Below, in pieces: positions 19,238 to 27,684 of a stretch of DNA of 64,000 nt. A model generated the notes under the pieces. It saw only the letters and a list, made by a program, of their open reading frames with translations. It did no database searches and was not told where the DNA came from. Every line of letters starts with the position of its first letter. Positions within the stretch are counted from its first letter, which is position 1. Position numbers and translations under genes: made by a program. This DNA is from Gemmatimonadaceae bacterium (lineage in GTDB: Bacteria; Gemmatimonadota; Gemmatimonadetes; Gemmatimonadales; Gemmatimonadaceae), in the NCBI GenBank assembly GCA_044224875.1, contig JBGAJQ010000014.1, forward strand, positions 27,350 to 91,349, in the 5' to 3' direction.

Positions 19238-20022
19238 GGCTCGTCAGGTCGAACTTGCTGATAGGAACGCTCATGAGCGTCGTGTGGCAGAGGCCCGCCA
19301 GCGCGCAGCAGGGTACGGGTGGGCGGTTGGAGGTCGTCGTCCAGTCCCAACAAGTGACGGCGGGGCTTGGGGATTGGAGCGGTCTGGCCAGTCGATTGGT
19401 GTTACGGCCATCGGTGCGGGACACATGGTACGCGGAAGCGTTGTACCAACGCGCCTTCAAGGACGACGGTGTGTATGTGGGTGCAGGCCAGCGTCGCAGT
19501 TTCGGCGATCGATGGAGCACGTTTGTTTCGTTAGGCGGGGGGACGGGAGAGTTTGTGCTGCCGGACCTGCGCGCCGATGCGCAGCTGTCGCGAGCGTGGG
19601 GACGCTCGCGGCGGCTCGTGACGACCGCCGGCGCGACATTTGTGGACGCCAAGCGGGGCTATTCCGACGTGTCGGCCCTTGCATCGCTCACCGCGTACAC
19701 GGGCTCCCTTGCGGTGCTGGAACTCGGCGAGCGAGTGACCAGGAGCTCGCCCGGTGGGGTGGCAAGTGCGCGAACCTTTGGGGCCATGACCGTAGGTCGC
19801 GCGGGAGCAGCGTATGTGGTCGTCCGCGGTTCGACGGGGACTGAGGGATACCAGCTGCTCGGGGTGACCGCCGCGCATCGTCATTTTCGGAGCAACGAAG
19901 GATCTGTCAGCTGGCGCCAGTGGTTGGGGCGCCGTGGCGGCGTGCTGGTGCAAGGAGACAGCTACAACAACGACTTGTATTCGCGGTCGGGAGTGAGTGT
20001 TGGCGTCTTCACTGACTGGTAG
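19234..20022 (+). CDS. YaiO-family outer-membrane beta-barrel protein
   Basis: Signal peptide, amphipathic beta-strands, C-terminal YSRSGVSVGVFTDW ending in an aromatic residue; ATGA-coupled to wecB. Confidence 0.7.
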   Translation: MRLVRSNLLIGTLMSVVWQRPASAQQGTGGRLEVVVQSQQVTAGLGDWSGLASRLVLRPSVRDTWYAEALYQRAFKDDGVYVGAGQRRSFGDRWSTFVSLGGGTGEFVLPDLRADAQLSRAWGRSRRLVTTAGATFVDAKRGYSDVSALASLTAYTGSLAVLELGERVTRSSPGGVASARTFGAMTVGRAGAAYVVVRGSTGTEGYQLLGVTAAHRHFRSNEGSVSWRQWLGRRGGVLVQGDSYNNDLYSRSGVSVGVFTDW

Positions 20023-20869
20023 GACTCCCGCGTACGTCGCCGCCATCGGCGACCGAACGAAGCTCCTGGCAGAGCTGCGACGTCGCGGCTCACGGGGTGG
20101 CGTGATTGCGCCACATCGCGCGATGCTCACGGGGCGCCTCACGCCGTCGTTGGTTGTCAGCATCCTCGTGATCCCCGTGTTGACCGCCGTGATGATGGCG
20201 TTGGCCTTGCGACCACTTGGTCCATTATGGGGCAAGGTCCTGCAATGGCTGATGGAGCTGACGCGCCTGCCCGGTGAAGTCGCCCTGCGCGACCTCGCGC
20301 TTGGCCCGATTTTCTCGTTTGCCGTCCCGTACAGTACGACGATGGCCCGATTGCCGGTGATGTCCGACTTTGTCCTGATCGGGGCCGTGTGCGGTGTACT
20401 GCTAGCGGTCGCTTGGATGCTCCCTGCGCGATTCCTGCCCCTGGCATACTACTTCCGGTTCGGGGTATTGGTGCAGCTGACGGCGATTCTGGCTTTTGCA
20501 GTCCGGCCCGATGCGTTCCCATACGCCCTTCCACCCTACACGGAGTCATTGGTCGAGATCGGAGCGGCCGTGCTCGTGCTGATGCCACTGGTTTACGGAT
20601 GCACGCTCTTTCCTTTTGACATCGCGCTCTGGCGCAAGCTGACGTTGAGCGTTCTCTCGCTCGGGCACCTGATCGTCCTGATTCCCCTGCAAGTGTTCAT
20701 CCACGCGTACACGATTCATCACCTGTCCCTGCTCGTGATGCCCACCATGTTCTTCCTGTGGGGGATCCTGGTACACGTGTTCGTGTTTGTGGCGTTTTAT
20801 GGGTGGGGCATGAGTTGGCCGGACACGATGCAACGCGCGAATCGACCGACGGGAACGGTGCTCCGATGA
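19997..20869 (+). CDS. Hypothetical polytopic membrane protein
   Basis: Six or more hydrophobic segments; overlaps the upstream barrel gene and is ATGA-coupled to the GT2 gene; start uncertain. Confidence 0.75.
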   Translation: MLASSLTGRTPAYVAAIGDRTKLLAELRRRGSRGGVIAPHRAMLTGRLTPSLVVSILVIPVLTAVMMALALRPLGPLWGKVLQWLMELTRLPGEVALRDLALGPIFSFAVPYSTTMARLPVMSDFVLIGAVCGVLLAVAWMLPARFLPLAYYFRFGVLVQLTAILAFAVRPDAFPYALPPYTESLVEIGAAVLVLMPLVYGCTLFPFDIALWRKLTLSVLSLGHLIVLIPLQVFIHAYTIHHLSLLVMPTMFFLWGILVHVFVFVAFYGWGMSWPDTMQRANRPTGTVLR

Positions 20870-22230
20870 TTGCCATGGTGCTCATCGTCCTCCTGTTCGT
20901 GGTGGTCGGAGTCCTGGTGGTGTACACCGTCCGTCATTACCTCTTCACGTTCAACAGGGTGTTCGGGCGTCATCGGCAGCCCTACGTCGACGTGACCGTG
21001 GCGGCGTGGCCGACGGTATCCGTCTTCATTCCGTGTCACAACGAAGAGAAGGTCGTCGCGGGTTCTCTCGATGCCCTGCTGGCCGCGGACTATCCGGCGG
21101 ACCGCCTAACGATCGTTCCCATCGATGATCGCTCGACGGATGGAACGGCGAACATCCTGCGTTCCTACGCCGCGCAGCATCCACAGCTCGTTCGTCCGGT
21201 GTTTCGAAGTGGTGGGCAGCCGGGCAAGGCCGCGGCGTTGGCCGAAGTGAGTCCCCGCGATGCCGGTGAAATCCACCTCGTATTCGACGCGGACTACGTT
21301 CCGGGGCCAAAGCTCCTGAAGCAGCTGGTGGCGCCGTTCTTCGATCCCGAGGTTGGGGCAGTGATGGGGCGGGTGGTGCCGCATAACGTGAACGACGGGC
21401 TGCTGACGCGTTTGTTGGACCTGGAACGTGCGGGTGGATATCAGGTGGACCAGCAGGCGCGCATGAACCTTGGCCTCGTCCCGCAGTACGGCGGGACTGT
21501 CGGCGGCGTACGGCGGGAAGCCTTGTCGAGCGTTGGCGGATGGCGCACCGACACGCTAGCCGAGGATACGGACGTCACGTTTCGCCTGCTCCTCAAGGGC
21601 TGGGAAATCGTCTACCAGAACCGGTCCGAATGCTACGAAGAGGTGCCGGAGTCATGGCCGACGCGCATACGGCAGATCCGGCGCTGGGCGCACGGGCACA
21701 ATCAGTCCTTACGACGATACCTCGGCGCCGTGCTTCGAAAACCATCGCACGTGAGCTTCATTCAAGTTGTGGACGGGGCGTTGTTGCTGGGTGTGTTCGC
21801 CGTGGCACCGCTACTACTCGTCGGATGGATGCTAGCGATGGCGGTCTACTACATGGGATACCAGCCGTCGTGGGGCATTCTGGCACTGCTTGCCCTGTCT
21901 GGGTTCAGCACGCTCGGGAACTTCGCCGCGTTCTTCGAGATCGCCGCCGCAACCCGTTTGGATGGATCGCGCGAACGCGTGCGGTTGCTGCCATTCATGT
22001 TCTTCGGGTTTCTCGTGAGCCTGATAGCGGTGTCGCAGGAGTCGTTGAAGCAGTTGTTCACCGTGCGGCGCCAACGAGACGTTGTGTGGGAGAAGACCGA
22101 GCGCTATCGGAACGGAAACGGCAATGGTCACGGAGATAGCAACGGCCATGGGAATGGGAGCGGAGAAGGAACGCGACCCAACGGGCCGCCGCTTGGCGGC
22201 CAAGCCTCGACGGGCGAGGCGCAGGCGTGA
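20866..22230 (+). CDS. Processive GT2 glycosyltransferase (cellulose synthase/PgaC-like)
   Basis: IPCHNEE, DDRSTD, GKAAAL, FDAD, LAEDTD and QIRRW (D,D,D,QxxRW signature); N- and C-terminal TM helices; NG-rich tail. Confidence 0.92.
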   Translation: MIAMVLIVLLFVVVGVLVVYTVRHYLFTFNRVFGRHRQPYVDVTVAAWPTVSVFIPCHNEEKVVAGSLDALLAADYPADRLTIVPIDDRSTDGTANILRSYAAQHPQLVRPVFRSGGQPGKAAALAEVSPRDAGEIHLVFDADYVPGPKLLKQLVAPFFDPEVGAVMGRVVPHNVNDGLLTRLLDLERAGGYQVDQQARMNLGLVPQYGGTVGGVRREALSSVGGWRTDTLAEDTDVTFRLLLKGWEIVYQNRSECYEEVPESWPTRIRQIRRWAHGHNQSLRRYLGAVLRKPSHVSFIQVVDGALLLGVFAVAPLLLVGWMLAMAVYYMGYQPSWGILALLALSGFSTLGNFAAFFEIAAATRLDGSRERVRLLPFMFFGFLVSLIAVSQESLKQLFTVRRQRDVVWEKTERYRNGNGNGHGDSNGHGNGSGEGTRPNGPPLGGQASTGEAQA

Positions 22231-23303
22231 TCTCCACCCTGACCTTCGTGCTGATCCTACTGATCGCGGTAGCGTGGACCCTGCTTCCGCTGATTCCCGC
22301 CATGCGTGAGTTGGCTCGACCTGTGGATGCGGACCCGCTGACACAGGTGGGACACGACGCGGGAGACTTGGCCATATTCGCCCAGGGCTTTCGGCGATAT
22401 CTGGAAAAGGAACTTCCGCCGGAGCCACCGGCATCCTCGGATTCGACGTTGTCATCACAGCTACGTGACGGCACGCCGTTGCTGCAGCTGAACGGCGACG
22501 GGGGCATGCTGAAGCGGGTGGCGACGCCGGACGGAACCATTGGCCGGCTCGTGGTCGCCAACGATCGGCTCGTGCTCCCCGGACGCGAGACGTTCCTGTA
22601 TGAGCTGTTGGTGCGCGAGCGCTTTGTAGGGGGGCCCGACGCGGTGTATCGCGCGCTGTTGGCGGAGGGTCAAGCAGAACTCGGCCCGCGCTCGCGCGTG
22701 TTACGCTGGCTTCATGTGGAGGGTGACGTCGCGTTGCGCGAGGGTGTGGTACTCGAGGGACGCGGATCGGCGAACGGCACGATGTGGTTGGGCGCCGGCG
22801 TGAGTTTCAGGAGGATCCGGGCCGAGCGTGTGGTGGCAGGGACGGAGAACCCATCGCCGCCGCCGATGCCGGAACCGGCGATGAACAGCACGCTGCGGTT
22901 GCCGCGCACTGCGCGTCAGATGCGGGGCTTCGTGCGGGTGGAGGGCCCACTCGTCATTCCGTCAGGTGCAACGTTTGCCGGAACGCTCGTCGTGTACGGC
23001 GACGTGGAGGTGGGAAAGGAAGCGCGCATCGCGGGCAGCATAAAGGTGCACGGGGACTGCGTGGTTGAAGCGCGAGCGACCGTCGACGGCGCGATCGTGG
23101 CCAGAGGCGACATTCGGCTGGTGGAGGGCGCCCGAGTGGGCGGCCCCGTGGTGTCGGAGGGTGACGTAACCGCCGGACCATTCACCTGCATCGGTAGGCC
23201 GGAGGCACCGACGAGTGTCGCCGCCGAGTGCATCACGCTCAGCAACGGAGCGCAGGTGTATGGCGCATTGAGTGCTCGCGACCTGGGCGTGGCCACACTC
23301 TAG
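22227..23303 (+). CDS. Membrane-anchored protein with bactofilin-like/beta-helix repeats
   Basis: N-terminal TM; repeats such as GDVEVGKEARIAG, GDCVVEARATVDG and GDIRLVEGARVGG; GTGA overlap with the GT2 gene. Confidence 0.65.
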   Translation: MISTLTFVLILLIAVAWTLLPLIPAMRELARPVDADPLTQVGHDAGDLAIFAQGFRRYLEKELPPEPPASSDSTLSSQLRDGTPLLQLNGDGGMLKRVATPDGTIGRLVVANDRLVLPGRETFLYELLVRERFVGGPDAVYRALLAEGQAELGPRSRVLRWLHVEGDVALREGVVLEGRGSANGTMWLGAGVSFRRIRAERVVAGTENPSPPPMPEPAMNSTLRLPRTARQMRGFVRVEGPLVIPSGATFAGTLVVYGDVEVGKEARIAGSIKVHGDCVVEARATVDGAIVARGDIRLVEGARVGGPVVSEGDVTAGPFTCIGRPEAPTSVAAECITLSNGAQVYGALSARDLGVATL

Positions 23304-23488
23304 CGAGTATGTGACCGAAAGCGAGCACAAGCGTGCCGACTCACATTTGTTGTGGCGATGATCCCACAGGGATCGACGCCGATCCGGAATCTGGAATCCG
23401 TGTGCGAATCGAGTACACGTGCAGTTCCGCAAGACGTTGATTCGCAGCGAGATAGGACGGTCGCGCATCGGGCGGCACGAAGGGGGAG

Positions 23489-23504
23489 GGGCACGCCACT
23501 TGCT
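23489..23504 (+). promoter_or_regulatory. Sigma54 (-24/-12) promoter upstream of the PEP-CTERM gene
   Basis: gGGCACGccacTTGCT with exact GG-N10-GC spacing; differs from TGGCACG-N4-TTGCW only at the first base. Confidence 0.75.
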
Positions 23505-23595
23505 TCCATAGACGGATCGGTGACGCGAGTCACCAACAGAGCAGCGGCCACTCGCTGGCCGCTCCCTTGTCATCGGGCCTCTTCCGGGCGGAAGC

Positions 23596-24453
23596 GTGCA
23601 GATACGAAATCGATTGCGAGCCCTGGTTCTTTCTGGTGTCGCGCTGTGCTTGCCGTTAGGCGTTGGGGCGCAACGCATCGTCACGCCGAGCAGCGGCTTG
23701 TGGTCCACCGACACGCGGGGATCGAACGGCGCCGTGTGGATCTCCGGTGCGAACCCGCGCAGCGGCAACGGATCGCTGGAGTTGCAGACGACGGGAAACC
23801 TGAACGACTGGGCGTACTTCAACCTCTTTTCTGGCGATCCGAAGACAACCGCGGGATGGGGCCAGCTTTCCGACATTTCCCATGTGCAGTTCGATTGGTG
23901 GCGTTCGAGCGACATGCCAACGACCGACCCAGTGTGGGAGGCCCAGAGCCCGGTGCTTCGGCTGTACGTGCGAAGTGGTGATCCGGCGAACCCTGTGTTC
24001 AGCGAGATCGTTTGGGAACGATGGTACAACGTCACCTCACCGACGCCACGCGATCAATGGGTGACGGAGGACATCACGAACCAGTACTTCTGGCGGTACG
24101 TGAGCGGCGCCGGGTACACGATCGACGACTGTTCGAACCCACCAACGATCACGCCAGGTATTCCGCTCAAGACGGAAACACCAGCCGACTGGGGCAACGG
24201 ATCGAACTGCTATCTTCCACTCGATGCGGTGGTGTACGGCATTGGCGTGGGCGTCGGAAGCAGCTGGCCGTACCCGTATCACGCGTTCATCGACAACGTG
24301 CAGCTGTCCTTTGGCGGTCGCGAAGTGGTGAACGACAATTTTGAGCTGGATCCCACCGTAGCCCCGGAACCCGGGACGCTGGTGCTCCTGGCCACTGGGC
24401 TGGCGGGGGTGGGTGGCGGCGCGATGCGCCGCCGGCGGAAGCGCAAAGCCTAA
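23596..24453 (+). CDS. PEP-CTERM sorting-signal surface protein
   Basis: Signal peptide; C-terminal APEPGTLVLLATGLAGVGGGAMRRRRKRKA (PEP motif, TM helix, basic tail). Confidence 0.9.
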   Translation: MQIRNRLRALVLSGVALCLPLGVGAQRIVTPSSGLWSTDTRGSNGAVWISGANPRSGNGSLELQTTGNLNDWAYFNLFSGDPKTTAGWGQLSDISHVQFDWWRSSDMPTTDPVWEAQSPVLRLYVRSGDPANPVFSEIVWERWYNVTSPTPRDQWVTEDITNQYFWRYVSGAGYTIDDCSNPPTITPGIPLKTETPADWGNGSNCYLPLDAVVYGIGVGVGSSWPYPYHAFIDNVQLSFGGREVVNDNFELDPTVAPEPGTLVLLATGLAGVGGGAMRRRRKRKA

Positions 24454-24470
24454 CGAGATTGCTTCACGGG

Positions 24471-24514
24471 AGGGCGCACAGGGTCGGGCACTGCTCGGCC
24501 CTGTGTGTCTTTTT
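24471..24514 (+). terminator. Rho-independent terminator after the PEP-CTERM gene
   Basis: GCACAGGGTCGGGCA pairs with TGCTCGGCCCTGTGT (some G-U pairs), followed by a T run. Confidence 0.75.
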
Positions 24515-24529
24515 GCACCCGTCGTTAGG

Positions 24530-24573
24530 AAAAAAAAGGCGGCGCCAGGATCCCCGGAGATCGTGGCGCCACC
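24530..24573 (-). terminator. Rho-independent terminator on the minus strand
   Basis: Minus-strand GGTGGCGCCA-C-GATC-loop-GATC-C-TGGCGCCGCC followed by T8 (A8 at 24530-24537). Confidence 0.85.
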
Positions 24574-24726
24574 AATGGTACTACGGCGTATGACTTCCCG
24601 CCTGTGCAAAAGGTAAGAACATCCGCGCGATTGCGCGAGTCCTGCGCTCAAGTTCCAGTCATCGCGCTCGTCCGATCGATTTGTTCAGTCGGGGTCTTTG
24701 CCGCGAGGAAAGTGCGCGCCGAATGA

Positions 24727-25722
24727 TCATCGCGCCGCGAAAACCTCCGCCGCAATTTGATCGATGATCTTCCACGGCGCGGCGTCTGTGCGGTTCGTGA
24801 GCACCACCATCGCGACCTTGTCATCGGGATAGATGGCGATCGCGTTGGTGAATCCAATGGTCTCGCCGTGATGTCTCAGCCGTCGACGACCATTCTGCAC
24901 ATCAACGAACCAACCGCAACCCACACCGGAAGGTGTACCGTCGGCGACGGTCGCGTTCGTGCTGGCGAGTATCCACTCCTTCGCGGTGAGCACCTTGTGG
25001 TGCTGGAGGGCTTGGATCCAGCGATGCAGGTCGGCGATGGAAGAGTAGATGCCTCCATCGCCGAGGACTCCGCTCGTGGGGCTTTGATCGGTACGAACGA
25101 CGCCGTCGCGAGTCACCGTGTACCCATACGCGCGCTGCACGATCGCTGTAATGCCGGGCTGGTGCGCGACGGTGGCCTGAAGATCCGCCGGGCGAAATAC
25201 TGACTGATCGAGGAACGTGGCGTACGTTTGGCCCGAGTAGCGAGCGACGATCAACGCCAGAAGAGCATAGGCCGTGTTGCTGTAACGGAAGGCGACCCCG
25301 GGTGGGAAATACAGAGCATTCGCCTTGGTACGAATGAGCTCCAACACATCGGCGTCAGTGACTTGATAAGGGAGGTCGTCCGGAACGAAGTCCTCGTAGT
25401 CGGGAAGCCCCGCAGTGTGGGTGAGGAGATGGCGGATGCGGATCTCGCCGCTGTATGGCGGAGACAATGGCAGTGCTTCCGCGAGCGTTGTGTCCAGTGT
25501 GAGCATGCCGCGACGCATCAGCACAAGCACCGCGGCGGCGGTGAAAGCCTTTGAGAGCGACGCGAGCCGAAAGTTCGTTTCCGGGGTGATGGGTGTGCCC
25601 GCCTCGCAGTCGGCCGCACCGAAGGTGCCGCGCACCAACACCTCATCTGCGCGCGTAACGAGGACCGCCGCCCCCGGACGCGCGGGATCCTGGAATGCGG
25701 CGAAGAGTCGGTCGACGTTCAT
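24727..25722 (-). CDS. Serine hydrolase, beta-lactamase/AmpC-like family
   Basis: FRLASLSK (SxxK), LLTHTAGL, FRYSN, GDGGIYS and HHGET motifs. Confidence 0.9.
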   Translation of the reverse strand: MNVDRLFAAFQDPARPGAAVLVTRADEVLVRGTFGAADCEAGTPITPETNFRLASLSKAFTAAAVLVLMRRGMLTLDTTLAEALPLSPPYSGEIRIRHLLTHTAGLPDYEDFVPDDLPYQVTDADVLELIRTKANALYFPPGVAFRYSNTAYALLALIVARYSGQTYATFLDQSVFRPADLQATVAHQPGITAIVQRAYGYTVTRDGVVRTDQSPTSGVLGDGGIYSSIADLHRWIQALQHHKVLTAKEWILASTNATVADGTPSGVGCGWFVDVQNGRRRLRHHGETIGFTNAIAIYPDDKVAMVVLTNRTDAAPWKIIDQIAAEVFAAR

Positions 25723-25796
25723 GCAGAGTCCACGATTGCCGGGGCGCGGGTGAGCGGAGTGCGCTCACACACGAGTGATGTGGACGGTGGCCGCGG

Positions 25797-27083
25797 TTAC
25801 ATCTTGGGCTTCACACGATCGAGCTCGTCGATCGTCTTGTTGGATGGGCCACGCTGTTTCTGTAACCGTGCGGCGACAGCCTCTGCCTGCGCGAGCGCAC
25901 GCAGAGCGTTTTCGCCAGCGACCTTTCGCAAGTCTGCCTCGCTCCACCCGCGGCGCGAGAGCTCGGCGAGGAGTACTGGAAAGGTCGAGACATCGTGGAG
26001 GCCGACGGGGAGATCGTTGCCGGTGCCATCAAAGTCGGAACCGAAGCCCACGTGATCGACGCCGGCAATCTTCCTGATGTGTTCGATGTGATCTGCCACG
26101 TCCTTCACCGTGGCCTTTGGCGCGGGATGCTGCGCGTTCCACTCATTCAACGACCGGCGGGCCGCGCCGGTGTCATTGGGGAAGCGACGCTTGGCGTCTG
26201 CGGTTGCGGCGTCCAACTGACGAGCGTGCGATGCCACGGCCTGCGAAACGAACCCGGGGACGAATGCGACCATGACAACACCGCCATTCTTGGGCAGGCG
26301 AGCCAGGATGGAGTCGGGCACGTTCCGGGGGACATCGGTGAGGGCGCGCGCCGACGAATGCGAGAAGATGACAGGGGCCGCGGCGACATTCAGCGCGTCG
26401 CTCATGACAGCTGGCGAGACGTGCGAGAGGTCGACCAGCATGCCGAGCCGATTCATTTCGCGCACCACTTCCTTTCCGAACGGGGTGAGGCCGCGATGCT
26501 TGGCGGTGTCCAAGGCTGCGTCGGCCCAGTCCAGTGTGACGTTATGGGTGAGCGTCATGTAGCGCACGCCGAGTGCGAAATACGCGCGGAGGGCGCCTAA
26601 CGAGTTTTCAATGGCGTGGCCTCCCTCCATGCCCAGGAGCGACCCGATCTTCCCCTGCGTCTTGGCACGCCGCACGTCGGCGGCAGTAAGCGCTGGGGCA
26701 AAGACGTCTGGGTACTTGGCGAAAATGCGTTTGGCGATGTCAATCTGCTCCAGCTGAACACGGGCGAATCCCGAGTCCTTGATCTCGCCGGGGATGTAGA
26801 CGGACCAAAACTGTCCGCCCACCATGCCCTTGCGCAGGCGCGCGATGTCCGTGTTTCCGGGCGTCGGCTTCCGAAGGTCGTACGCGTCAACGTCCCGTGG
26901 CGCCTGCTTGACATCGCTCCTGATGTACCACGGCAGGTCGTTGTGGCCGTCAACCAATGGCGTCGTGCGCAGGACGCGCAGGGCCTTCTCCATATCTGGA
27001 TCTGCCGTCTGCGCACCGATAGCGGACGTGGTGAAAAGGAGCATGGAAGCGCGAATCAATCGCGCGACGTTCAGGGACGACAT
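25797..27083 (-). CDS. Membrane dipeptidase (peptidase M19), secreted
   Basis: VDGHNDLP, GMEGGH, YMTLTH, VDLSHVS, FSHS and GFGSDFDG motifs; signal peptide. Confidence 0.95.
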   Translation of the reverse strand: MSSLNVARLIRASMLLFTTSAIGAQTADPDMEKALRVLRTTPLVDGHNDLPWYIRSDVKQAPRDVDAYDLRKPTPGNTDIARLRKGMVGGQFWSVYIPGEIKDSGFARVQLEQIDIAKRIFAKYPDVFAPALTAADVRRAKTQGKIGSLLGMEGGHAIENSLGALRAYFALGVRYMTLTHNVTLDWADAALDTAKHRGLTPFGKEVVREMNRLGMLVDLSHVSPAVMSDALNVAAAPVIFSHSSARALTDVPRNVPDSILARLPKNGGVVMVAFVPGFVSQAVASHARQLDAATADAKRRFPNDTGAARRSLNEWNAQHPAPKATVKDVADHIEHIRKIAGVDHVGFGSDFDGTGNDLPVGLHDVSTFPVLLAELSRRGWSEADLRKVAGENALRALAQAEAVAARLQKQRGPSNKTIDELDRVKPKM

Positions 27084-27110
27084 GGATCGTGTCCGTCGAA
27101 GGATGGCGGA

Positions 27111-27602
27111 TTAGCGTGACGCGGCGAGTCGAATCGCAACCGGGAACGCGTCCACGGAGTAGTTCGTCGCTTGCAGCGTGGCGGACACCAGGTAACGGCC
27201 GGCGGGGAGTTTGGTCGCTGGGTCCGGTGGCAGGAGGTTTTGTCCCCCGGTCCACTGGTAGAGGCGGACGACGCTATCGCCAGCCGCAATACTCAGCTGT
27301 GAAGTCACCGGGGCGCAACTATAGGTCCCGCCGGCTGGCAGTACGATCGTGTTGGCCGAATTCCGGATATACACACGGTCTTGACACTGGGTGGCGAAGG
27401 GGAGGCGGATCGCGATCGTCAGCGTGTTCTTAATGATGACGCGTATGGTGTCGATTTTTCCGAAGACGAGCACCGAGTCGCTGACGCGAACACGAAGTTC
27501 GACGGGTGGGGCCTCAATGGCCGGAACTTCGGGAGACTGACTGCACGCACCAAGGCACGCCGCCACGGCAAGGCCCGCGACCCACAACGCACGCTTTCGC
27601 AT
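27111..27602 (-). CDS. Hypothetical lipoprotein with an Ig-like (BsuPI-like) domain
   Basis: ATG 27602 gives MRKRALWVAGLAVAACLGAC (lipobox); beta-rich body ending LPAGRYLVSATL. ORF open to 27665. Confidence 0.65.
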   Translation of the reverse strand: MRKRALWVAGLAVAACLGACSQSPEVPAIEAPPVELRVRVSDSVLVFGKIDTIRVIIKNTLTIAIRLPFATQCQDRVYIRNSANTIVLPAGGTYSCAPVTSQLSIAAGDSVVRLYQWTGGQNLLPPDPATKLPAGRYLVSATLQATNYSVDAFPVAIRLAASR

Positions 27603-27684
27603 GCTCCATAGTACCGCCGCGCGACGGCGGTGGACAACGGGAGGCGCAACGAACCTGCGCGTCACACCGGGCTACTGCTGTTCG

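Noticed and set aside
22108..22165. AACGG-type short repeats
   Set aside because: They encode the NG-rich low-complexity tail of the GT2; not a CRISPR or DNA-level array.
22962..24035. 357-aa minus-strand ORF and the 209-aa plus-strand ORF 23352..23981
   Set aside because: Both overlap better-supported genes and the sigma54 promoter region; not protein-like.
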